Positions 54,149-63,500 of a DNA stretch of 64,000 nucleotides are shown here, one piece after another. This stretch comes from Flavobacteriales bacterium. Its GTDB lineage: Bacteria; Bacteroidota; Bacteroidia; Flavobacteriales_F; PHOS-HE28. The position numbers were made by a program, and so were the translations under genes. Every line of letters begins with the position of its first letter. The stretch's first letter is position 1. The DNA lies in assembly GCA_041749915.1 (NCBI GenBank), contig JBGTAJ010000322.1:7165-71164 (forward strand). Direction: 5' to 3'. Under the pieces are notes generated by a model that was not told where the DNA came from, made no database searches, and saw only the letters and a program-made list of their open reading frames with translations.

Positions 54149-56205
54149 TGATGTATCGCATTCTTCTCGCACTGAGCTCAGTGCTGCTGGCCGGGCTTCT
54201 GAACGCCCAGATGCCGGGTCAGGAGGCCGCCCCCGATCCCGTGAAATGGTCCATCACCTCGAAGTCCGTGGGAGAGGGCGCCTGGGAGCTTGTTTTCCGG
54301 GCTGACATCCAGGCCGGGTGGTCCGTGTACTCACAAGTGAACTACGGGGACATGGGTCCATGGCCGACCTCCGTGGTCATTGACTCCATCGGTGGTGTGC
54401 AGCTGATGGGCGAGGTGGCGGAGACGGGGGAGAAGGTCATCGACGGCCATGACCCGGTCTTCGACATGCAGGTGAAGAAGTTCAAGGGCTGGGCCACCTT
54501 CACCCAACGCATCAGCACGAAGGATGCCGCCACACCGGTCACCGGCCACTTCGAGTACATGACCTGTGATGATGAGATGTGCCTGCCTCCCGCCACGGTC
54601 TACTACATCCTCGGGCTGGGCTCGGGGACCTATGAGCTGGGCGACATCTCCTTCGACCCCAATGACCCGAAGTTCGCCGGGATTAGCACCCGCACCGATG
54701 CCGCTGAACTGAAGATGCCCAACGTGGACCTCGAGAACCCCGTGGTGCGCGACGCCGGTCTTCGCAAGGACGATGAAAGCTCATTGCTGTGGATCTTCAT
54801 GCTGGGATTCATCGGCGGTCTGGTTGCCCTGCTCACGCCTTGTGTGTTCCCCATGATCCCCCTTACGGTGAGCTTCTTCACCAAGAGCAGCCAGGACCGT
54901 GCCTCGGGCTTGAAGAACGCGCTCACCTACGGCGGTTTCATCCTGCTCATCTACCTCATCTTCAGCCTGCCCTTCCACCTCCTCGGCAGTGTGAACCCCG
55001 AGATCTTCAATGAGATCAGCACCAACCCCTGGCTCAACATCTTCTTCTTCGTCATCTTCATCATCTTCTCCATCTCGTTCTTCGGCTACTTCGAGATCAC
55101 CCTGCCGAGCAGTTGGGTGAACAAGATGGACTCCAACGCCAGCAAGTTCGGCGGCCTCATCGGCACCTTCTTCATGGCGCTTACCCTCGCGCTGGTGTCG
55201 TTCAGCTGCACGGGTCCCATCCTCGGGTCCCTGCTGGCCGGTGCGCTCACGGCCGATGGCGGTGCCTGGCAGTTGACCGCCGGCATGGGTGGCTTCGGCT
55301 TCGCGCTGGCCCTGCCCTTCGGCCTCTTCGCGCTCTTCCCCGGATGGCTGAACAGCCTGCCCCGCAGCGGCAGTTGGCTCAACAGCGTGAAGGTGGTCCT
55401 TGGCTTCGTGGAAGTGGCACTGGCGTTCAAGTTCCTCAGCATGGCCGATCTGGTGATGAAATGGGGCCTGATCCCCTATGAGCTCTTCCTGACCATCTGG
55501 GTGCTGTGCGGCCTCGGCATCGTGCTGTACCTGCTCGGCAAGATCAAGTTCCCCCACGATAGCCCGGTGAAGAAGTTCTCCGCCTCACGCATCGCCTTCA
55601 TCGCCATTTTCCTCGGCATCACCGCCTACATGTCCTATGGCTTCCGCTATGATGACAAGGCCAAGACCTTCGCTCCGGTGGGCCTGCTCAGCGGCATATC
55701 GCCATCACCGGGCTACAGCTGGATCTATCCCACCGAATGCCCTGCAGGTCTGACCTGTTTCCACGACCTGGAGAGCGGACAGGCCGAGGCGAAACGCACC
55801 GGAAAGCCCATGCTCGTGGACTTCACGGGATACGGTTGCGCGAACTGCCGGAAGATGGAGGACTACGTGTGGCCCGTGCCGGACATCAACCGGGTGATCA
55901 ACGACGAGTACATCCTCGTTTCGCTCTACGTGGATGCCAAATCCGAGCTGCCGAAAGAGGACCAGTTCATCTATGAGACGGGCAACGGCACCAAGAAACC
56001 GATCCTCACCATCGGGAACAAATGGGCCACGCTGCAGACCGAGACCTTCAAGAGCGCTACGCAGCCCTTGTATGCGCTGCTCAGCCCGGATGGCGAGCTC
56101 CTCACCGATCCCGTGGGATACACGCCCGCCGTGGAGGACTACAAGGCCTTCCTGGAGCGCGGTCTCCAAGGCATGCAGGTACTGGGCGGGCAGGCCTCAC
56201 GCTGA
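54145..56205 (+). CDS. dsbD: Thiol:disulfide interchange protein DsbD (protein-disulfide reductase)
   Basis: 686 aa with an N-terminal alpha domain, a central membrane core with LTPCVFPMIP and SFSCTGPILG, and a C-terminal thioredoxin domain with YGCANC. Confidence 0.9.
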   Translation: MMMYRILLALSSVLLAGLLNAQMPGQEAAPDPVKWSITSKSVGEGAWELVFRADIQAGWSVYSQVNYGDMGPWPTSVVIDSIGGVQLMGEVAETGEKVIDGHDPVFDMQVKKFKGWATFTQRISTKDAATPVTGHFEYMTCDDEMCLPPATVYYILGLGSGTYELGDISFDPNDPKFAGISTRTDAAELKMPNVDLENPVVRDAGLRKDDESSLLWIFMLGFIGGLVALLTPCVFPMIPLTVSFFTKSSQDRASGLKNALTYGGFILLIYLIFSLPFHLLGSVNPEIFNEISTNPWLNIFFFVIFIIFSISFFGYFEITLPSSWVNKMDSNASKFGGLIGTFFMALTLALVSFSCTGPILGSLLAGALTADGGAWQLTAGMGGFGFALALPFGLFALFPGWLNSLPRSGSWLNSVKVVLGFVEVALAFKFLSMADLVMKWGLIPYELFLTIWVLCGLGIVLYLLGKIKFPHDSPVKKFSASRIAFIAIFLGITAYMSYGFRYDDKAKTFAPVGLLSGISPSPGYSWIYPTECPAGLTCFHDLESGQAEAKRTGKPMLVDFTGYGCANCRKMEDYVWPVPDINRVINDEYILVSLYVDAKSELPKEDQFIYETGNGTKKPILTIGNKWATLQTETFKSATQPLYALLSPDGELLTDPVGYTPAVEDYKAFLERGLQGMQVLGGQASR

Positions 56206-56288
56206 GCCGGGGGAAGAACTTTGCGAAGGGGATCTTTCCTCCTTGCTTGGTTTTTCGTCAGAACATTGCCATATTATCCACCGATCGA

Positions 56289-56307
56289 TTGACGAATAAT
56301 CCGTCAA
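56289..56307. promoter_or_regulatory. Palindrome TTGACG-N7-CGTCAA immediately upstream of the ORF6N gene
   Basis: Both 6-bp arms are perfect. It ends 12 nt before the ATG at 56320. Confidence 0.3.
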
Positions 56308-56319
56308 GCGGTCGATAGC

Positions 56320-56847
56320 ATGATAGCAGAAGCATGGCCTGAAGAGGCGATCGCCGCGCGCATCCACTGGATCCGTGGGCAGAAGGTGATCTTGGCGCAC
56401 GACCTGGCCGACTTGTATGCGGTGCCTACCAAGGTGCTGAACCAACAAGTGAAACGCAACCAGGAGCGCTTCCCCGAAGACTTTGCGTTCGAACTGATCG
56501 ATGAGGAGTGGGCTGCTTTGAGGTCACGATCTGTGACCTCAAACGGTAGGGGAGGCAGGCGATACCTGCCGGTAGCCTTCACCGAACACGGAGTGCTCAT
56601 GCTTTCCAGTGTGCTCAACAGCGCAAACGCCATTGCAGTGAACATCCGGATCATGCGGGTCTTCGTGCGGCTCAACCGCGTCCTGCAGAACGACCTGGAA
56701 CTGCAGCTCCGTGTGGAGCGCATGGAGGGTCGGCAGGAGCGGACGGATGATGCGCTCGGTGAGCTCTTCGAAGCCGTGAAACAGCTCATGGAGGCACCCT
56801 CGGGCGACCGCCTGCGGATCGGGTACAAGGGTGGCGATCCCATTTGA
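56320..56847 (+). CDS. ORF6N (KilA-N-related) domain protein
   Basis: The sequence IRGQKVILAHDLADLYAVPTKVLNQQVKRNQERFPEDFAFEL...LPVAFTEHGVLMLSSVLNS is the ORF6N signature. A coiled-coil-like C-terminus follows. Confidence 0.8.
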   Translation: MIAEAWPEEAIAARIHWIRGQKVILAHDLADLYAVPTKVLNQQVKRNQERFPEDFAFELIDEEWAALRSRSVTSNGRGGRRYLPVAFTEHGVLMLSSVLNSANAIAVNIRIMRVFVRLNRVLQNDLELQLRVERMEGRQERTDDALGELFEAVKQLMEAPSGDRLRIGYKGGDPI

Positions 56848-56862
56848 TGCATCTTTGGAACA

Positions 56863-57465
56863 ATGAGCACCGACCGCATCCGATCGCACTTCACCGAAGC
56901 CGGTGATGTGCTCCAGCGCTTCCTGGCCGACCCCGCCAACATCGCCGCCGTGGAGCAGGCCGCCGCATTCATGAGCTACTGCCTCAAGCAGGGCGCCAAG
57001 ATCATCAGCTGTGGCAACGGCGGAAGCATGTGCGATGCCATGCACTTCGCCGAAGAGCTCACCGGCCGATACCGCGATGACCGCGAGCCCATCGCCGCCC
57101 TGAGCATCAGTGATCCCAGCCACCTGACCTGCGTGGGCAACGATCATGGCTTCGACCAGGTGTTCGCTCGCTTCGTGCAGGCGCACGGCCGGGAAGGTGA
57201 CGTGCTGCTCGCCATCAGCACCAGCGGCAACAGCACGAACGTGTTGAAGGCCGCCGAGGTGGCCCGCGACAAGCACATGCACGTGATCGGCCTCACCGGC
57301 AAGGACGGTGGCAAGCTCGCCGACCTCTGCACCGTGGAGATCCGCGTGCCCCACGCCGGCTATGCCGACCGTATCCAGGAGGTGCACATCAAGGTGATCC
57401 ACGCCTTCATCGATCACATCGAACGCGACATGGCCGAACCACGCCGTCGTGACCCCAATGCCTGA
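56863..57465 (+). CDS. gmhA: SIS-domain D-sedoheptulose-7-phosphate isomerase (GmhA/DiaA family)
   Basis: It has [16 protein letters not shown] and [13 protein letters not shown], which are typical GmhA motifs. Confidence 0.85.
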   Translation: MSTDRIRSHFTEAGDVLQRFLADPANIAAVEQAAAFMSYCLKQGAKIISCGNGGSMCDAMHFAEELTGRYRDDREPIAALSISDPSHLTCVGNDHGFDQVFARFVQAHGREGDVLLAISTSGNSTNVLKAAEVARDKHMHVIGLTGKDGGKLADLCTVEIRVPHAGYADRIQEVHIKVIHAFIDHIERDMAEPRRRDPNA

Positions 57466-57565
57466 TCGATGGGTTCCATTGACATCATCCACCATCCCCG
57501 TGTCCGCATAGGTCGACCCGATGGGTCGACGCTGCGGCGGCTTCGGGTGTGATCGACCATCAGCC

Positions 57566-59104
57566 ATGCTCGTCAAGGTCTTCGGAGCCGCCGTCTTCGG
57601 CATCAACGCCACCATCGTCACCGCCGAGGTGAACGTGGAGCCCGGAGCCTATTTCCAGCTGGTGGGCCTGCCGGACAGCGCCGTGAAGGAAAGCCAGCAG
57701 CGCATCGATGCCGCGCTGCGCAACAATGGGCTCTATGCTCCGCGAGGAAAGGGGGTGACCATCAACCTCGCGCCGGCCGATATCCGCAAGGAGGGCACAG
57801 CGTATGACCTTCCACTGGCCGTGGGTCTGCTGGCGGCCACCGAACAGGTCCCCGCGGAGATGCTGGAGCATTACCTGGTCATGGGTGAACTGTCACTGGA
57901 CGGGGGTGTCCGGCCGATCAAAGGAGCCTTGCCCATTGCCATCGAAGCCAAACTACAAGGCTTCAAGGGTGTCATCCTGCCTGCCGCCAATGCGCGGGAG
58001 GCCGCCATCGTGCATGGCCTCATCGTATACGGTGTCGAGCATTTGAGCGAGGTGGTGCACCTGCTGAAGGGCCAGCCCACCGTGCAGCCCACCGTGGTGG
58101 ACATCGAGGCCGAGTTCGCCAACAGCAGCCGTGCCTATCCCGTGGATATCGCGGATGTGAAGGGACAGCAGAACATCAAGCGCGCCTTTGAGATCGCCGC
58201 GGCCGGTGGCCACAACATCATCCTCATCGGGCCGCCCGGTGCGGGCAAGACGATGCTCGCCAAACGGCTGCCCACCATCCTGCCACCGCTCACCATCGAT
58301 GAGGCCCTGGAGACCACCAAGATCCACAGCGTGGCCGGAAAACTGCGCAAGGAGGACAGCCTGCTCAGTGTGCGCCCCTACCGTTCGCCGCACCACACCA
58401 TCAGCGATGTGGCCCTGGTCGGTGGAGGGTCCTTCCCCCAGCCCGGCGAGATCAGCCTGGCGCACAACGGCGTGCTCTTCCTTGATGAACTCCCCGAGTT
58501 CAAACGCCAGGTGCTGGAAGTGCTGCGCCAACCGCTGGAGGACCGTGTGGTCACCATCAGCCGGGCCAAGTTCACGGTGGAATATCCCGCCAGCCTCATG
58601 CTCGTGGCCGCCATGAACCCCTGTCCCTGCGGCTACTACAACCACCCCGACAAGGACTGTGTATGTGCCCCCGGCGTGGTGCAGAAATACCTGAACAAGG
58701 TCAGTGGACCGCTGCTGGACCGCATCGACATCCACATCGAGGTGACCCCCGTGCCCTTCAGCGAACTGAGCGAGGAGCGGCCGACGGAGAAGAGCGCCGA
58801 CATGCGCGAACGGGTCATCGCCGCACGCAAGGTGCAGCAGGACCGCTATGCCGGCAAGAAGATGCACTGCAACGCGCAGATGGGAAGCAAGGAGCTGCGG
58901 GAGATCTGTCGCATCGACGCCACGGGCAAGGCCTTGTTGGAAAAGGCCATGGACCGCCTGGGACTGAGCGCCCGGGCATATGACCGCATCCTGAAGGTGA
59001 GCCGGACCATTGCGGATATGGCGGGCAGTCCGGACATCCGCACCGAACACCTCGCCGAGGCTATCCAGTACCGCAGCCTGGACCGCGAGAGCTGGGCCGG
59101 GTAG
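57566..59104 (+). CDS. comM: YifB/ComM family Mg-chelatase-like AAA+ ATPase
   Basis: Start at MLVKVFGAAVFGINA (ATG 57566). It has Walker A GPPGAGKT, LFLDELPEF and the zinc-ribbon-like CPCGYYNHPDKDCVC. Confidence 0.9.
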   Translation: MLVKVFGAAVFGINATIVTAEVNVEPGAYFQLVGLPDSAVKESQQRIDAALRNNGLYAPRGKGVTINLAPADIRKEGTAYDLPLAVGLLAATEQVPAEMLEHYLVMGELSLDGGVRPIKGALPIAIEAKLQGFKGVILPAANAREAAIVHGLIVYGVEHLSEVVHLLKGQPTVQPTVVDIEAEFANSSRAYPVDIADVKGQQNIKRAFEIAAAGGHNIILIGPPGAGKTMLAKRLPTILPPLTIDEALETTKIHSVAGKLRKEDSLLSVRPYRSPHHTISDVALVGGGSFPQPGEISLAHNGVLFLDELPEFKRQVLEVLRQPLEDRVVTISRAKFTVEYPASLMLVAAMNPCPCGYYNHPDKDCVCAPGVVQKYLNKVSGPLLDRIDIHIEVTPVPFSELSEERPTEKSADMRERVIAARKVQQDRYAGKKMHCNAQMGSKELREICRIDATGKALLEKAMDRLGLSARAYDRILKVSRTIADMAGSPDIRTEHLAEAIQYRSLDRESWAG

Positions 59105-59143
59105 ACCGATCGTAACCAAAGCCTGTGGGATGCGTTGGAAGGG

Positions 59144-59863
59144 ATGAACCCAGCGTACCCCCACACCGTGCTACACCGTTCCGCCCCCCTCCTTTTCCTG
59201 ATGTTCGTCGGCGCAGGGCTTTGTGCCAGTGCACAGGCACAGATGTCCGAGAAGCAATACCTGAGCGAGGTGCTGGAGTTCACGTCACGGAAGAACGCCG
59301 CCTATTACCGCGTGGCCTCCGGGACCAAGGATGAGCTGACGCTCGCCAAGACCTACACCCTGGACGGCGTTCTGAAGGCGGAAGGCAGCTATGCCGATCC
59401 CGAACTGAAGGTGGAACACGGCGACTTCACCTTCTACCACGCGAACGGTAAGGTGGAAAGCCGCGGCGAGTATGTGATGGGCAACAAGGCCGGCGTGTGG
59501 ATGCGCTATGATCAGTGGGGCCGCCCCCTGGCCGAGAAGGTCTATGACCCCGAGCCCCTCGCGAACATAATCTACACCCGCGCCCAGCAGATGCCGAGCT
59601 TTCCGGAAGGGGAGAAGGCCTTCGTGCGCGTGATCGACCAGAAGATGAGCGGCCCTGCCGGTGACCGCACCAAGGGCAAGGCCACGGCCAGTTTCATCGT
59701 CGAGAAGTCCGGAGACCTCACCGATGTGAAGGTGGTGGAGGGTAGCGACGCGCAGCTGAACGAGAAGCTCGTGGAGGCCATCCGCTCCACCTCACCCTGG
59801 AACCCCGGCGTCGAAAAAGGCCAGCCTGTCCGTGTACAGGTGCGGATGCCTGTCCAATTCTGA
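59144..59863 (+). CDS. TonB C-terminal domain protein with MORN-like repeats
   Basis: The ATG at 59144 gives a signal peptide (...LFLMFVGAGLCASAQAQ). It has MORN-like repeats (HGDFTFYHANGKVESRGEYVMGNKAGVW). The C-terminal segment QQMPSFPEGEKAF...VEKGQPVRVQVRMPVQF is TonB-C-like. Confidence 0.75.
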   Translation: MNPAYPHTVLHRSAPLLFLMFVGAGLCASAQAQMSEKQYLSEVLEFTSRKNAAYYRVASGTKDELTLAKTYTLDGVLKAEGSYADPELKVEHGDFTFYHANGKVESRGEYVMGNKAGVWMRYDQWGRPLAEKVYDPEPLANIIYTRAQQMPSFPEGEKAFVRVIDQKMSGPAGDRTKGKATASFIVEKSGDLTDVKVVEGSDAQLNEKLVEAIRSTSPWNPGVEKGQPVRVQVRMPVQF

Positions 59864-59888
59864 ACCACACTCCATACACCATATGCAG

Positions 59889-59916
59889 GAAGGCCCCCGA
59901 GCGATCGGGGGCCTTC
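59889..59916. terminator. Hairpin terminator between the convergent TonB-like and XRE genes
   Basis: There is a perfect 12-bp stem, GAAGGCCCCCGA (59889-59900) with TCGGGGGCCTTC (59905-59916), and a GCGA tetraloop. Confidence 0.65.
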
Positions 59917-59939
59917 GGCAGTTCTTGGGGGGCGGCAAA

Positions 59940-60317
59940 CTAATTACCCTCCCCCCCCCCCCCCCCGCGTTTTCCGGGATCTTTGATCATGCTTGCCAGC
60001 AGGTCCGTCATGCGGCCCATTAGATCCACGGCCTTGTGTCGCCAGCTATTCTCCTCACCTGTTCCCTGGTCATGCTCATGCCGCAGATGCACGAGCCGCG
60101 GTCCTTGCTCTGTGTTCGGTCCGGGTTCCGGCGCACGCATCCAGGACCAAGCATCCACTTGGAACTCTTTGCATATCCGATCGACCAGGTGACCGGGAGG
60201 GTGTTCCTTGTGCTCGAGACGCGAGTAGGTGCTGCGGTCCATGTTCAAACGGTCGGCCATGCACTGCTGGGTGAGGTCAAGGCGCTTGCGTAGTGCTTTG
60301 AGTTCTTCGCTGAACAT
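59940..60317 (-). CDS. XRE-family helix-turn-helix regulator with a C-terminal extension ending in a poly-Gly tail
   Basis: Start at MFSEELKALRKRLDLTQQCMADRLNMDRSTYSRLE (ATG 60317..60315), an HTH_3-type domain. The 3' end reads through a G16 tract (GGGGG) before a TAG at 59942..59940. Confidence 0.7.
   Translation of the reverse strand: MFSEELKALRKRLDLTQQCMADRLNMDRSTYSRLEHKEHPPGHLVDRICKEFQVDAWSWMRAPEPGPNTEQGPRLVHLRHEHDQGTGEENSWRHKAVDLMGRMTDLLASMIKDPGKRGGGGGEGN
59951..59966. repeat. Homopolymeric C16 (G16 on the coding strand of the XRE gene)
   Basis: There are 16 consecutive C, preceded by CCCT. It is translated as GGGGG near the C-terminus of the XRE ORF. Confidence 0.95.
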
Positions 60318-60424
60318 GTCGCTTGGAATTTGATCACATGGTCTGTCGGCTCGTGTTGCCAAATTAGCACATCTCCGGGGCCTTACGCACGAGGTTGTAG
60401 CTCAGGTGAATAGCATGTTTTCAT

Positions 60425-60501
60425 GTGCACAGATCGCACATCGCGTGCAGATGACGCACCAAGTACGCACAGCAAGTGCAGCATCTGCATTGGAAGTGCA
60501 G
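60425..60501. repeat. Array of eight helically phased YGCAS motifs / ~20-bp direct repeats in the divergent promoter region
   Basis: The motifs are GTGCAC 60425, TCGCAC 60434, GTGCAG 60445, ACGCAC 60454, ACGCAC 60465, GTGCAG 60476, CTGCAT 60485 and GTGCAG 60496. Their spacings are 9, 11, 9, 11, 11, 9 and 11 bp. Confidence 0.8.
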
Positions 60502-60557
60502 GAACGGTTCTGAAAGGTTTGTGAACGGCACTACTGCCGGTTCAAAACCCTACTAGC

Positions 60558-63500
60558 ATGAACACTTGGAAGCAGATACGGTCGGTCGCATGGGCGGCAA
60601 GCATCGTTGTTTGGGGAGGCGCTGGAATATCGGATGCCTCTGGACAGGCGGATGCCCTGGTTCTTACCAATGCCACTGGGACGAACGCCGCGTGGTTGGA
60701 TCTGCCCACTGATATACCGGGCCAGAACGATGCCACCCGCACACTGCCCAGTCCTGGTGGGCCAAATGGCTATGCTGGTAATCCTGCGACCCGGGCCCAA
60801 CATATCCGGACCAATGGAGATGGAAGCATCATTTTCTTCGTGGTTGATGGGGTTGTATACGATGGTGACGGTTATCGAATAGCCGATGCAGCGGGAAGCA
60901 ATTGTACCCAATGCATGGAGGCAGGGGTCATGGAATTCCTGAGCGTACCCGTTCCCGGTACCTGTGGCTTGTATTATCTTTTCGCAGCGACAGCCAAGAA
61001 CACATCCACGGAAGGTCATGTGAACGTGTCTTTGCTGGATATGAGCGCCGACCGTGAAGCCCCCCTGCCCGGACAGCCGGCCTGTTCTGTACGCAAAGGA
61101 CTTCTACTAAGTCTTGATGATACAGACCTCACCGACCTCTACCCCCAGTTCGATCCGTGGTTCACGGAAGCTTTCTTCAGTGGGCCATCATATGTGAAGC
61201 GCTTGAACATCGACGCTTCGGGCAAGAGCAGTTCGCCCATTATAAGAGTGGTGGCAGGTGCAACGCAGAATGACCCTTCGTTTCTCTTCGTGGTCATGAC
61301 CACAACCATTCATCCTTACAAGATCATGGGCAGCGGAGTCTTTCCGGTGAACGCCATATTACCATCCCAAACCTTCCCCTTAGGCCTGAGCTACTACCCG
61401 CTATCGTATAGCCTGAACAGTCCCCTCACACAGAAGGAGTACTATCGGGATGCCGACGCTCGCAGATTGACCAATGGCCAGATCCGTGTGGCGATAACCG
61501 GGGGGCAGGGTTTCGCTGAATGGCCAGAGGACGGCGTTGATAACTTCATCACGCTGGAATTTGATGGTACTTCCGGTGCCGTGGTGCCCGGATCTATTGA
61601 CGGATACGAGATCTTTCCCACTCCGTTGGGGGTGAACTGCAACACGGCGGTTGGCAGTCCGGGAGTTTTGGCGGGGTGTGCCATTGCTGCCGACGGCAAT
61701 AGGGTCTATCTCACATCAGAGGTATACAGCACATGCTCCAACTGGATACCGACCTTCGGATACGTGGACCTATCTTCAGGGCAGTTCGTCGATATGAGTG
61801 CCGATGTGGTTCTGACCAACGAATATGTTCGATCCAGGATCTACCGCAACATCGTTGGGGGGACCGGGGAAGAGATCCTCTACATTCCGGGTAACACTGG
61901 CGTAGGCGTGGTCACTGGGCTGGCCACTTCCACCCCCGCATTCGTTCCCGATGCCTTCGATGATGACCGTGCACCGGTCCTTGTCAGCAGCATTACGCAA
62001 TCCTACTATCGGCCACGGTTCCTGAATCCATCCGTCTCCGGCGACCAACACCTATCCGCTGCAAGTAAGGAACAGTGCTGCGGCTACTTCGAGACCGTGC
62101 CCGGTGCTGCAGTGGAAGGCTACACCCAGGCCGCAGGGACCACAAGCACGTGGAACGGCACCCAGAACGGTGTGCAAGCCGGTACCAGCACCGTGGTATT
62201 CACTTGTGATGTGATCGTGGAACAAGGCGCCCGCTTGGTGGTGAACAACATGAACTTGAAGTTCGCCGCCAACGCACGGGTGATCGTGCAGGAGGGCGGC
62301 TACTTGCAGATGAACAACGCCACCCTCGATGGCATCGATTGCCCCGGCGATCGGTGGCCCGGGATCTCCGTGCTCGGCAACCCAGGTCAATCACAGCAGG
62401 GTCAAGCACCTTGGGGCGTCCCGCTGGGGCAGGGAATGGTCGAACTGACCAACTGCAGCGTTTCGAATGCTTACATCGGTATCCTTACCGGCACAGGAAC
62501 GGTCGGCTTCAACGGCTATCTCTATAACATCTCCAGTTCCCAGGGCGGCGCAGTGGTCATCGCCAACGGATGCACTTTCCGCAATTGCATTACTGCGGTG
62601 GACATGCGCAAGTACCCCGACTTCGTGCCCCAAGGCCAACCACTCCCGCTGAACCGATGCCGCTTCAATGGCAGCACCTTCGTGGTGGACCAACCGTTCA
62701 ATTCCGCGCCCTTCAACTTCAAACGCCACGTCCGCCTGGACCGCGTCAGCGGGATCCTCTTCCGCAAGTGCCACTTCCAGAACCTGGTGAACGACGCTGA
62801 ATACGCGACGCTCGGCAGCGCCGCACTCGGCTACGGCATCGAGAGTTACGAGAGCCAGTTCCAAGTGCTGCCCAGTTGCTCCATCTTGCTCAATGTGGGT
62901 GAGGAGTGCCCCGCAGGCAACATCGTGCCCAGCACCTTCACCGGCCTAGACCACGGCATCCACGCCATCGGCGGACCCAACGCCCTGCGCAACTTCACCG
63001 TGGATGGCGCACGCTTCACCGATAACATCTGCGGGGTGTACACCAGCGGTGTCATCGGCTTTGTGGCCAAACGCAGTATTTTCGAGATCGGAGGGAGAGG
63101 CGTACCACAGACCAACCCCTTGGAATCACCCTTCTGGGCGGATTTCCATCGCGGTTTATACTCCTACAACGGCTATGGTTTCACGGTGCAGGACAATACC
63201 CTGAGCCGATCGGTAAATGCTGGCAATGACATACGCACGGAAGGTGTGGTCATCGGATACAGCAAGGACCATAACGATGTGGTGTTCCGCAACACCGGTG
63301 CCAACCTGCTCCGTGGTTTTGTGGGTGAAGGGGTCTGCGCAAGCCTTGCGCCCAGCTATACGCCCGTCATCGGCTTGCAGCTGAAGTGTAATATTAACCA
63401 GAACAACGAATGGAATCTGGTGAGTAGAAAAGCGAATGACGAGGACGATGACCTTCAAGACTTACACACCATCCGAGCCAATCAAGGGGAGAGCAACCTG

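Noticed and set aside
56320-56847. A prophage or integrative element around the ORF6N gene.
   Set aside because: There is no integrase, terminase, capsid, tRNA attachment site or flanking direct repeats. The neighbours are dsbD and gmhA on the same strand with short spacers.
60538-60556. The segment CCGGTTCAAAACCCTAC, resembling a tRNA T-arm.
   Set aside because: The upstream sequence cannot form acceptor, D or anticodon stems. It lies directly before the ATG of the giant gene and is more likely part of its leader.
60531-61019. A 162-aa minus-strand ORF, plus other short minus or alternate-frame ORFs between 60.5 and 64 kb.
   Set aside because: All lie inside a single 3.4-kb open + frame with a signal peptide and repeat structure. 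They are short, and their Pro/Arg/Gly-rich composition looks like off-frame noise.
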